From the NCBI GenBank assembly GCA_965369655.1, contig CBDUQR010000001.1:192001-256000 (forward strand): 64,000 nt of DNA, in the 5' to 3' direction. The notes beneath the pieces were generated by a model. It was not told the origin of the DNA. It saw only the letters and a list, made by a program, of their open reading frames with translations, and ran no database searches. The position numbers and the translations under genes were made by a program. Source of the stretch: an uncultured bacterium. Its GTDB lineage: Bacteria; Zixibacteria; MSB-5A5; JAABVY01; JAHJOQ01. The number at the start of each line of letters is the position of its first letter. Positions within the stretch are counted from its first letter, which is position 1. Below, piece after piece: positions 9,511 through 18,700 of this stretch.

Positions 9511-10578
9511 ATGGACAACAAATCCGAGATCATCAGGGGTTTTCTGAAAGCTCCGTTGAATCGCGATAGATTCGATGAATTCTATGCTCTGATCTACCGT
9601 CACACGGTCGGATATCTCAGCTATCTGAGACGAACAGGATACACGCTTCCAGCCGAGACCGGCGGCAGAGATAATCAGCTCTCCGATCTCGCGATAGATA
9701 TACTCGGAACACTGCTCCGGTGCGATTCGACGCGACCGTTTTATCTGATATTCGATTGTTTCGACAGGCACGGTATCACGGACTTCGATCGTGCCGCACC
9801 GGATGATCTATACTCCTGCCTGATCTCATTGCTACATGGGCATATACATCAGGAACTCAGCAAGCTGCTGAAAGCAACAAACCCTCAGATAGACAATCTG
9901 AAGCGGAGATTCAAAGATATCCTGAAAGGGAAGAATTATGGCTCTCTGAATACGGCGTCTGATACGTCGGAATGCGTGTATCTGCTGAAATATGAGGATG
10001 CACTTAGGGAGAATATGGTGTCATCGTCGGGCGATTTCCTGCTCTGGATAGCCGAGGATGCCTATCTCCAGAGCAACACGAGAAAAGCCTGGTGCAACAT
10101 GATTTTCGAGATGATAAACGAACAGACAGATCATCAGAATTTCACTCGGAAGCATGAACTTCTGGGCACAGTCGTATCAATCAACAGCCGCCAGATGGAA
10201 ATCGATACTATCCCGATGTACAGGCCTCGGAGTCCGATGCAGGAGTCGCTTCACCGCGAAGCGCAGAAATGCAAATCCGTGACGCTCGAATGGGCAAAGA
10301 ATGAAATCCTGAGCCATTTCGTCGAGAAAGGGAATATCAACAAGAGCGATGCCGTCGGACTGATGGCTGCGCTTGAAAAATATCTGAACGATTTCTGCGA
10401 GCATGGCGACACAGACCCGCTTCCGCGATATTTCAGGGAATGTATGCCTGATGAGACTCACAGGATGTATCTCAGCCACTACAAGTACATTTTCGAGACG
10501 CTTGCGGACAAATCGCTCGAATACCTGAAAGTTATTCTGAGAAAAAGAGCTACAGTTTTGGGTCTTGGAGACTATTAG
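9511..10578 (+). CDS. Divergent, enlarged sigma-factor-like protein (355 aa)
   Basis: The N-terminal helices FDEFYALIYRHTVGYL...LSDLAIDILGTLL...LISLLHGHIHQEL resemble ECF region 2. It lies directly upstream of a ZAS protein. I cannot recognise a canonical region-4 HTH, so the sigma call rests largely on context. Confidence 0.5.
   Translation: MDNKSEIIRGFLKAPLNRDRFDEFYALIYRHTVGYLSYLRRTGYTLPAETGGRDNQLSDLAIDILGTLLRCDSTRPFYLIFDCFDRHGITDFDRAAPDDLYSCLISLLHGHIHQELSKLLKATNPQIDNLKRRFKDILKGKNYGSLNTASDTSECVYLLKYEDALRENMVSSSGDFLLWIAEDAYLQSNTRKAWCNMIFEMINEQTDHQNFTRKHELLGTVVSINSRQMEIDTIPMYRPRSPMQESLHREAQKCKSVTLEWAKNEILSHFVEKGNINKSDAVGLMAALEKYLNDFCEHGDTDPLPRYFRECMPDETHRMYLSHYKYIFETLADKSLEYLKVILRKRATVLGLGDY
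10550..10577 (+). promoter_or_regulatory. Putative ECF-type promoter of cassette B, inside the 3' end of the sigma-like gene
   Basis: CTACAGTTTTGGGTCTTGGAGACTATTA, 21/28 identical and ungapped versus 13852-13879. Confidence 0.6.
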
Positions 10579-10607
10579 TACAATGAACGGACACAGGAGG
10601 GTGGATA

Positions 10608-11462
10608 TTGCATCCGTCTAAAGCAGAACTGAGGCTGTTTGTCGAGAACGCCATGCAGGATGCCGCCGCGCGCGCGCGTATCTCTGAGCACATAGGGAAC
10701 TGCGAATTCTGCTCGGAATTCTGTGAGGAGTACACGTTATATCTCGTCTCTATCGAGGACACGGATAGATTAGATCTCTCACAGGCAGCTTTCAATGCCG
10801 CTGATGATATATTCAGGCACGCTCTGCGAGGGGTGATTATTGATATGCAACCTCTCGCAGGCGATATCGATACGCCTCTCAGGCTTGCAGCCGATGGCAA
10901 GGAGGAATTCCGGCCCGAGATTGTTAATCTCGCAACGCTCTGCTCCGAACAACCCGAAGCTATTCTCCGCGTCATGCGCGACAGCGGTCGTGGCATCGAC
11001 TATGTGCAGTTGATCTCCGACGACCCGGAGTTGTCCCAGAACGTGATGATACGGATACCGGAGATCGGATGGGAGTCGCTCACCGATGATGAAGGCAAAG
11101 CGATCATCGAAAAACAGATCGGCGATGACATATCAAACCTCAAGTGGCAGATTAAACTGCCGGATGCCGTATTCTCGATGAAGCCGCTCGAGTATGATCC
11201 TGACGAGACCAGATGCTCAGGCGAAACCGAACTGACTACGGCCGACTCCGACAGGATTCATGTCGAGCTTCAAAGTAAGACCGAAGGCAAACAGATCGTA
11301 ATCAAAATTCTCGAACTAGACGGCAAGAAAGATTTCGGCGATGTCCGGGTCGCCATATCGCAGGGCGGTGTCACAACTACATCGTCAACGTCCGGAAACA
11401 AGACAATCTCGTTCGATTTGACCGACACAGAGAGTGTCATAAACATCAGGATATTCCAGTAA
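10608..11462 (+). CDS. Soluble zinc-binding (ZAS/zf-HC2) anti-sigma factor with C-terminal beta-rich domains
   Basis: TTG start after AGGAGG. Complete ZAS motif H2-x25-H28-x3-C32-x2-C35. No TM helix. Linker motif LRLAADG at aa 91-97. Confidence 0.8.
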   Translation: MHPSKAELRLFVENAMQDAAARARISEHIGNCEFCSEFCEEYTLYLVSIEDTDRLDLSQAAFNAADDIFRHALRGVIIDMQPLAGDIDTPLRLAADGKEEFRPEIVNLATLCSEQPEAILRVMRDSGRGIDYVQLISDDPELSQNVMIRIPEIGWESLTDDEGKAIIEKQIGDDISNLKWQIKLPDAVFSMKPLEYDPDETRCSGETELTTADSDRIHVELQSKTEGKQIVIKILELDGKKDFGDVRVAISQGGVTTTSSTSGNKTISFDLTDTESVINIRIFQ

Positions 11463-11466
11463 CACA

Positions 11467-13842
11467 ATGTCCCTGCTGCAATTTGCAAAAGAATTCGCGA
11501 AGCTCAAATCGGACCTTGCCGCCCAGCCGGTTCCCGATTTGCAGCTCCTGTGTCTGATTGATTTCTGGCCGAGCCTCGCGGATCACGCTGCCGAGAGTTC
11601 ATACCGGAGTTATCTCGATGAATATGTGCCACTGCTGCTACACCTGATCTCAGCCGAGAATCTCTCCGATCTCACCATGCACGAGCTATTGCACTTACAA
11701 GATGTGCTCGCCGATCTTTCCGCGCTTGAATCGGTGAATGACAAACTCAAAGATCAACGCAGGCTTGTTTCGCAGGAACTTGCGCGACGGTATTTCTATG
11801 CCGGAGCGGTCGAAGATGCCCTGACAATATGCATCGAACCATCGTGGGCGGCAGAAGCAGTAGGTCGGCGTTCCGTAGCAGGCGAAGCCTGCAAGAAACC
11901 CGACACCAGCACAACAAAGAGTAAGTGTCGCGTTTCTCTCCCTCGTACCTCGGCATCGGAACACGACCTACAAGATCTAAGCGAGTTCGAAGCATTTGAA
12001 TCAATCATCGAACATACCCGAGGCCGCGACAACTCGCTCGACGCTTTCCTGAGCAATCTCCATGACGATTGGCAGGGCGACCGCGACGCGATCTATCACG
12101 ACCGGATCAACGCGCTGTTTGTCGACAAGGATGACGCCGGTCGTGCATGGCGCGGCAGGATGAAATCACTCACCGGCAAGGTCGAGCTGTTCGGCAAATC
12201 GGCTACGACCGACGAGATCACGTTCGACAACCAGATCAAATCGCCGGATGATCCATTTATCGGCGTGGCGTATCATTCGCTCGATGCTGTGCGGCAATCG
12301 ATGAAACGCGCAAGGTTTAGGAAACAGTCTGAGGCGTTCTATCATGCTCATTTCGCGGTCGAGAATAGCCAGCAGACATTCACCGGCGATTCGATTGGGC
12401 TGGCGACAGGGCTGCTGACTTACGCGCAGCTTCTGGAACCTGAGATCATGCGGCAGGACAAGTTCATCGGGGCGGATATCGCTGTCACGGGTGGTGTGGA
12501 TGATTCCGGCGCAGTAACACAGGTCAACGACGATACATTGAAGCTCAAAATCGAACGGGCGTTTTTCTCGCCGGTCAGGCATATTATCGTGCCGGATGGG
12601 AATCTGTCTGCTGCGCGTGAGCATATCGAGAAATTGCGAGAGAGATATCCGCGCAGGCGGCTCAGGCTGATCGGAGTTGAATCGCTGACCGATGCAATCG
12701 AGAACAGGAATATCATCCGCGAGGAAAAAGTCTGCATCGGCGAATTCGTCACGAAACAAGTTTACCACTACAGTCGCACAGCCAAAATTCAAGTACCGAT
12801 ACTGCTGATACTCGCATACTTCCTCCTCTGCATGATCTACCCAAAAGCATGGGTGGGATTTGATTGGAATCCGGCAAGTGTGGAACTGACGGAGACTGGA
12901 TTTGTCGCTCTGAACGCTGATTCAAGGTCCTTATGGTCAGTTGAATATGAGTGTGAATTGCTCTATGCGAGATCGCAATGGACAATGAGCGATTTGAACG
13001 GCGATGGCATGAATGACGTAGTTTTCATGCCTATGGCGTCCCCCAATGCTCCCTGCAGAAGCAACGCTCATCTTTTCGCGTACGACCACACAGGCAAAGA
13101 ACTGTTCGCAAGGCAGGGGGCGGTTCTTGGTGAATATGTGAGTGATACATCTGCTAATTTCCCATATTCGGCGGGTTTAATTGACGTTGTACAAGTCAGT
13201 GGAACGAGTGTCATCGTCAGCAGGGTCTATGCATCCTACCCTGCTCGTTACCACATCAAAATGTGGAGTACTGATGGCGACTCTCTCGGTTGGTACATAA
13301 ACTCAGGATATAGCGGTGTTGTGAATGAAAAATGTTTCGCTGTCGATAGATACGGCAACCTGATGTTTCTTGCGCTCAACAATCGTATGGGTTGTGCCTG
13401 CTTTTTCGTAATTGCTCCGGATTCGAGCTATGGCGTGTCACCACCTTATCCTGAATGGCTTCGTGGCCAAAGAGGACTTAGACACGGGAACCAACTATGC
13501 TATCTTCTGTTTCCGCGCACAGATATTAACCGCGAGATAGAACTGGATTACAATGGACCATTCCGTATTGTCATCAACTCCAGTGACGAGATTCGAGTCG
13601 ATATAGGTGAATCTAAAGAACCCGAATGCAACCTAAGCTATTTCCTTGACGAGAACTTCCGTGTTACACATGTAAAAGCCGATGACCGGTTCATCCCACT
13701 TAGGCGTCGCCTCATAGACGAAGGGAAACTCCCTTCAGTGGACTTGTCTACGTATCTGGCCAATCTTGTCGACTCAGTTACCTACTGGACCGACTCCGGC
13801 TGGGTAACCGAAGGCGAACTCCGCGCCTTGGAAAAAAACTGA
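11467..13842 (+). CDS. Membrane-anchored Lon-type (S16) protease domain without AAA+ module, fused to an extracytoplasmic beta-rich domain
   Basis: FTGDS309IGLA...IAVTGGVDDSGAVTQV...LKLK361IERA...IIVPDGN aligns to Lon-C GPSAG...AMTGEI...G.V...LKEK...VLIP..N. No Walker A motif and no signal peptide. TM helix at about aa 441-458. The C-terminal domain contains FG-GAP-like DLNGDGMNDVV. Confidence 0.8.
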   Translation: MSLLQFAKEFAKLKSDLAAQPVPDLQLLCLIDFWPSLADHAAESSYRSYLDEYVPLLLHLISAENLSDLTMHELLHLQDVLADLSALESVNDKLKDQRRLVSQELARRYFYAGAVEDALTICIEPSWAAEAVGRRSVAGEACKKPDTSTTKSKCRVSLPRTSASEHDLQDLSEFEAFESIIEHTRGRDNSLDAFLSNLHDDWQGDRDAIYHDRINALFVDKDDAGRAWRGRMKSLTGKVELFGKSATTDEITFDNQIKSPDDPFIGVAYHSLDAVRQSMKRARFRKQSEAFYHAHFAVENSQQTFTGDSIGLATGLLTYAQLLEPEIMRQDKFIGADIAVTGGVDDSGAVTQVNDDTLKLKIERAFFSPVRHIIVPDGNLSAAREHIEKLRERYPRRRLRLIGVESLTDAIENRNIIREEKVCIGEFVTKQVYHYSRTAKIQVPILLILAYFLLCMIYPKAWVGFDWNPASVELTETGFVALNADSRSLWSVEYECELLYARSQWTMSDLNGDGMNDVVFMPMASPNAPCRSNAHLFAYDHTGKELFARQGAVLGEYVSDTSANFPYSAGLIDVVQVSGTSVIVSRVYASYPARYHIKMWSTDGDSLGWYINSGYSGVVNEKCFAVDRYGNLMFLALNNRMGCACFFVIAPDSSYGVSPPYPEWLRGQRGLRHGNQLCYLLFPRTDINREIELDYNGPFRIVINSSDEIRVDIGESKEPECNLSYFLDENFRVTHVKADDRFIPLRRRLIDEGKLPSVDLSTYLANLVDSVTYWTDSGWVTEGELRALEKN

Positions 13843-13851
13843 AGAACATCT

Positions 13852-13879
13852 CTACAGATTTCCTCCTTGGTGTCTATTA
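13852..13879 (+). promoter_or_regulatory. Putative ECF-type promoter of cassette B, upstream of the secreted target gene
   Basis: CTACAGATTTCCTCCTTGGTGTCTATTA, matching 10550-10577. Confidence 0.6.
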
Positions 13880-13917
13880 TTGGTTTAGAAGTTAAACCTG
13901 AACTGAGGAGATGTCCA

Positions 13918-15333
13918 ATGACTTCAAAATGTTTCTATGTGTTCATCACACTGCTCTTTCTTGCTCCGTATGCTAATGCAACAGACCCGCCCGGAAATGT
14001 GCTGGTCTATGCAACGTACGTGGGCGGCAACGGTTATGACCAGTATATGTTTGATTCAACTCTAGTCGGAGTTTTGTATGAGCGCGGTTACAATGCCACA
14101 GTAACAGACAGGACCGAAACAACGGAGATAACTGCTCTACTGTTGGAGAACTATGATCAGCTTTGGTTTTTCTCTACTCAAGAAGGTCCGAGCGTGGAAC
14201 TAGCCCCTGAGGAGATCAATGCAATTCTGGCATTTCAATCCCAGGGCAAAGGGCTATTCATAGCTGCTGAAAATGCACCACATTATACGTACACTGCTAA
14301 CTTGGTTGCCTGTTCACTAGGTGTGACTTTTTGGGGAATTGTCGATCACGCTGAAGGAGATGCTGGTGGTATCATTATCTTCCCTGAGTTTGAAGACCAT
14401 CCCTTGTTTTGCGGGGTGTCCCAGATTTCTGCATATAGGAACGAATGCGATATGTCTGTTGTGCCGCCTGCTGATGTAGTCGCAACCTACAACGGTCACA
14501 ATCTAATCGCTGTACGAGACGCCGGCGCAGGCCGGTGTGTTTTTGACGTTAGTTTCGTCAGAGCATTCGATGGTCAGATTATGAGGGGTGACAATGCGCA
14601 ATACTACGGCAATATTGCTGATTGGTTGCAGTTCTGCGTTCCGTCCATCACTATGATTTCTCCTGACCCAACCTACGTCTACTGGGCTTTTGCTATGATA
14701 CCGATGGTGGAAAAAGTATACATTGGTGATTTCGGTTGTGGCTATACAGCAAGCGATATAAATCCGTGGTCTGTCCTTCTGAACGGATCGGTTTCGCCAG
14801 TAGATTTCGAGATTCTTCCCGGTATGGAAGGTTTCACAGGCGAAGTGATGGAACTGCACTATCCTCTCGCAGATTTCATCTGGACATACCCTGTTCTTTA
14901 CGACACAACCTTGCAGGAATATGGCGTTGCTGGTATGTTTACCGATGGTCATACTTTCGCTGCCTCGGGAGATGTCACGATCATTGGCAAGAACTCTCGC
15001 GCAACTCGTAATGTATACCTCAAGCCAGACAACGACGAAATCAGCATTAAGCCATCAGAGTTCGCGCTGTACCAGAATCAGCCGAATCCATTCAATCCGA
15101 CGACTGAGATCAGTTTCAATCTGCCTGTGATGTCGAATGTCAGGCTTGATGTCTACAATATCACTGGACAGAAAGTCACAACGCTCGTCGATGGACCGAT
15201 GCAGCCGGGACCGCATTCGGTGACATGGAACGGCATGTCCGACAGCGGCGAACCGGTCGCGTCCGGCATTTATTTCTATCGTATCGAGGCCGGAGATTTC
15301 ACGGAGAACAAGAAGATGCTGCTTCTCAAATAG
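13918..15333 (+). CDS. Secreted protein with a GATase/DUF4350-like N-domain and FlgD-Ig/T9SS-like C-terminal sorting domain
   Basis: ATG after GAGGAG; signal peptide ending ANA-T. C-terminal YQNQPNPFNPTTEISF...VASGIYFYRI...KKMLLLK. The N-domain call (LLENYDQLWF...GKGLFIAAE) is tentative. Confidence 0.75.
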   Translation: MTSKCFYVFITLLFLAPYANATDPPGNVLVYATYVGGNGYDQYMFDSTLVGVLYERGYNATVTDRTETTEITALLLENYDQLWFFSTQEGPSVELAPEEINAILAFQSQGKGLFIAAENAPHYTYTANLVACSLGVTFWGIVDHAEGDAGGIIIFPEFEDHPLFCGVSQISAYRNECDMSVVPPADVVATYNGHNLIAVRDAGAGRCVFDVSFVRAFDGQIMRGDNAQYYGNIADWLQFCVPSITMISPDPTYVYWAFAMIPMVEKVYIGDFGCGYTASDINPWSVLLNGSVSPVDFEILPGMEGFTGEVMELHYPLADFIWTYPVLYDTTLQEYGVAGMFTDGHTFAASGDVTIIGKNSRATRNVYLKPDNDEISIKPSEFALYQNQPNPFNPTTEISFNLPVMSNVRLDVYNITGQKVTTLVDGPMQPGPHSVTWNGMSDSGEPVASGIYFYRIEAGDFTENKKMLLLK

Positions 15334-15345
15334 AGCGAATGAAGC

Positions 15346-15491
15346 GTGTCAAGACCTCACCCCAAGGGGTGAGCCACCCGAAATCGCAGCATCAAATCGG
15401 GGTGGGCGAAAAGCCTGCCCCTTATTGTTGTGCGATTCAAATTGATCCTCACTGTGAAGATGGACCCCGGCAGGTCCTGAGTATAGCGAAG
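15346..15491. repeat. Cluster of short palindromic REP-like elements between convergent genes
   Basis: Hairpins CTCACCCC-AA-GGGGTGAG and CCACCCGA...TCGGGGTGG. The segment 15475-15491 is a 16/17 inverted match to 58265-58281. Confidence 0.5.
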
Positions 15492-15708
15492 GGTTTTCAC
15501 CGGGGTGACATGAGAGGCAACCATCCGACCGCAGTGGGTGAGTCCAGTAGCGCAGGAGTCGGAGGCTTATGCGAAATTTTTCTTGCGGCTACGGCTTCAC
15601 ATCCCAGGAATGCAGGAATGCCAAAACGGTTTTCGTGTTCGGGTGGTCGGATCCAAGTATGGCGAGATATATCCCGTACGCGCGTTTGACCATTTCGACA
15701 CGCACACT

Positions 15709-18700
15709 TTAATTCTTGACTGCGGCAGAACCCTTGACTTTGACGATGATTTTCCTCGCACATTCTTCAGGCTTCAATCCTGAGATGTCAATGTACCCGA
15801 CGAGTGAAGACAAACCTTCAAGCTCAGAGTTATCAAATCTCATCGGTAGGATATAACCTTCAGCTTTCTGAGCGATGACTTTCGACAATGCGGACTTGAA
15901 CTCATGATTCGTCCATCCCTTTTCAACATAGTCCTTAGATATGAATATAACGACCCGTTCGGATTCCTTCCCATAGATCCTGCTAAATTCATTAGCCAAA
16001 TCCTTTCCCCAAAGCTCCACTTCATAATCCTCGTCATAGAAAACGTTAATGTCGCCTTCTTCATCTAAAGTCTTTTTCACTTGACGAACATAGTTCCGTT
16101 GCTCACCTGCAAAGGAGAGAGCGACATCGAATTTCTTGCCTCCCACAGTACCAACCTTGACCTTCGGTACAGCTTCTTCATGTTCAACCCTTGCAAGCTC
16201 AGCCTTAATTTCGGCGTATCTGCTCGGATCAATCCTAAAGGACTGCGCTCCGCTCAGTCCATTAATCATAACATACTTAATATTTGTGTTCGAAGGCACC
16301 CGCTCAAGCAAACCAGCCCTGTTCAAATTTCGTAGCCAATTGGACATTTCCTCCTGTTCGTTGGGGAAGTTGTGGCACAGATCGAAGATACTAATCGGTT
16401 GTTCTGGCATCTCGCTATTGATGTCAAGGATGAACTTGAGTATCAGACTGCGGAGTGTACGACCTTTACTTATTGGAATATGTGGTGGAGATTCATAGTC
16501 ATCAGTTTTAAAGGTAAATTCCGTGGCACCAGGCTCTTCGGAAATCATTCTCAAGGCGAATCTGATGGTCTCATAGTGCATCTGGTTTTTTTGCTCATCG
16601 AAGTGTGTCTTAATCAGCAATGATGTTACCAATACTCTGAAACTTGAGTCCCCGTTTACTTGACGGAAATCATATATCCACCTGATCATATCTTGTGGAT
16701 CATCTTTACCAAAGTCAGATTTTCTGGCCAATACCAGATAGCGGCGAGGTTCACCTTTCACAACGGTTATCGTGTAACCTAAATGAGCCATATTGTGTCT
16801 TCCCCTTAGTACTAGCGAGTAGTGCTCGTCTTTGAGTACTTCGATCGCTTTCTCCCTGATTTCATACGCCCTTTCATACAGCGGCTCCGCATCATCATAT
16901 CTGCCCTGAGTCTCGTAGAGTATGGCGAGGCTTTCGAGGTCAGCAGCGACCTTTAGGTGATCTGAACCGTAGATATTCTCGTCAATCTTAAGCGCCCTCT
17001 TGTACAACAGTTCCGCTTGGCCGTAGTCAGCTCGGTCATGAAGATAGTAGCCGGTGCGACTGAATAGCTGGGCTACAGTCTCGTTAGAAATCTCCAGCGA
17101 ATCTGTATGTTGAACTAGTGAGAGTATGTGCGGCAATATTGTCTCGCATTCAGACCAGGTCCTATAATCTCTTTCATCCGGGAGCGTCTCTGAGGTGCAA
17201 ACTATAGCCAACTCCGCCCACTTACGCGCATCACCTGATTCAGTGTGATTATCACGTATAACCGCCTGGAGCAGACGGTGCAAGCTGAATTCATCAGTAT
17301 CTCGTTTGCGACGGATCAGCGAATAGCTCTGAAGTGCCCCGAGAGCCTTGTCCAATTCGAATGTGTCATAGGCAACACTCTTGAGATTATCGTCGAATGA
17401 ATCCACTCTCTTCCTGAACAGACCAAGCGGAATGGCATCAGGTGCGAAGTATGCCGCAAGCGATAGAACATCAATTGCTACCTTACTCTTCTGCTGAAGT
17501 GTTTCTAGAGACATCGACCATGTTGTGGCAACAGTGTGATCATAATCATCTGGCGAGTAACGTTTATCTTTAAGTACCTCGATCCCCTTTTCCTTGAGAT
17601 CGTTCAGGTAATCGTCCAGACTGCACCGTGTCTTTTCGACAAACGCACCCGCCTGATCGACTGCCAGCGGCAGCAGACCGAGCTCATTGGAGATATCCTT
17701 CGCTGTCCGGTGTTGATCATCCGTCGGCTCTTCGATATTAGCTCGTTTCAGGAGAAAATCTATAGCTTCATCTTCGGCCATCTCGGTTACTTCGAGAGCC
17801 TTCGCAAGATTACCAAAAGCCGAAGCTCTGGAGGTTAAGAGTGTTTGTCCCTGCCCTGAGCGTGGTTGATACTCTTTGATGATCTCAGGTTTGTCCGCAT
17901 TATCGTATATCAGCAGCCATTCGTTGTGAGTTTCAAGCCATGTCTTGACAGCAGCAACAACAACTCCTAATTCCTTATCATCCTTCTCCGGAAGATTAAG
18001 AAGTCTGGCGATTTCACTGTAGCTGGATGTTATTGTAGTTTCAGATTCAGAGTTGACCCAGATTATGAACTTGTAGTCTTTGATATGTTGATATGCATAT
18101 TCGACAGCGATCTGTGTCTTGCCGATTCCTCCCAATCCTGATATGGCTTGAGGCTGTGACAATGCAGTACTGCCAGACTTACTCAGCGATTCATGAAGAT
18201 CCTTCAACAAGTCTTCACGACCGGTAAACAGAGGATTCTGCGGGAAAGGGAGATTGTGCAGTGTCACACCGGGAATTTCGTATGGCTTGAATGCCTCGGA
18301 ATCGATGTATCCTCTAACATCAAGAGGTAACTCTGCAGGATTCCTGATTTCTATTTGTTGTCTCATTCCCATGCGTTCAAATATCATTTTGAGAAAGAGA
18401 TCCAACCGTCTACTAACTTTCGCCGAAAGCAACTGTTGCAGCGGCTGCTGAGACCACATGCGATCTTCGAGTCTTTGTACGAAGAACATGATCGCTTCTT
18501 TCTCATTATCTCCAATGGTAAAGTCGCGATATGTATCTTCCAAATCTTTCCACAACCTGTCAAAATCGACTGGTTCTGTGATACCCGGATCGAGTAATTT
18601 CCGCCACAGTTCGTCATTCACTGATTCGTTGATAATGAAGCTGTGGTCAACAGAACCATGACCACCAGTGTCGTATCCCTGTTTAGCCAAATCTTTAAGA

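Noticed and set aside
11467-13842. Housekeeping Lon (LonA/LonB) or RadA/Sms
   Set aside because: There is no AAA+ or RecA ATPase motif; only the protease domain is present, followed by a TM helix.
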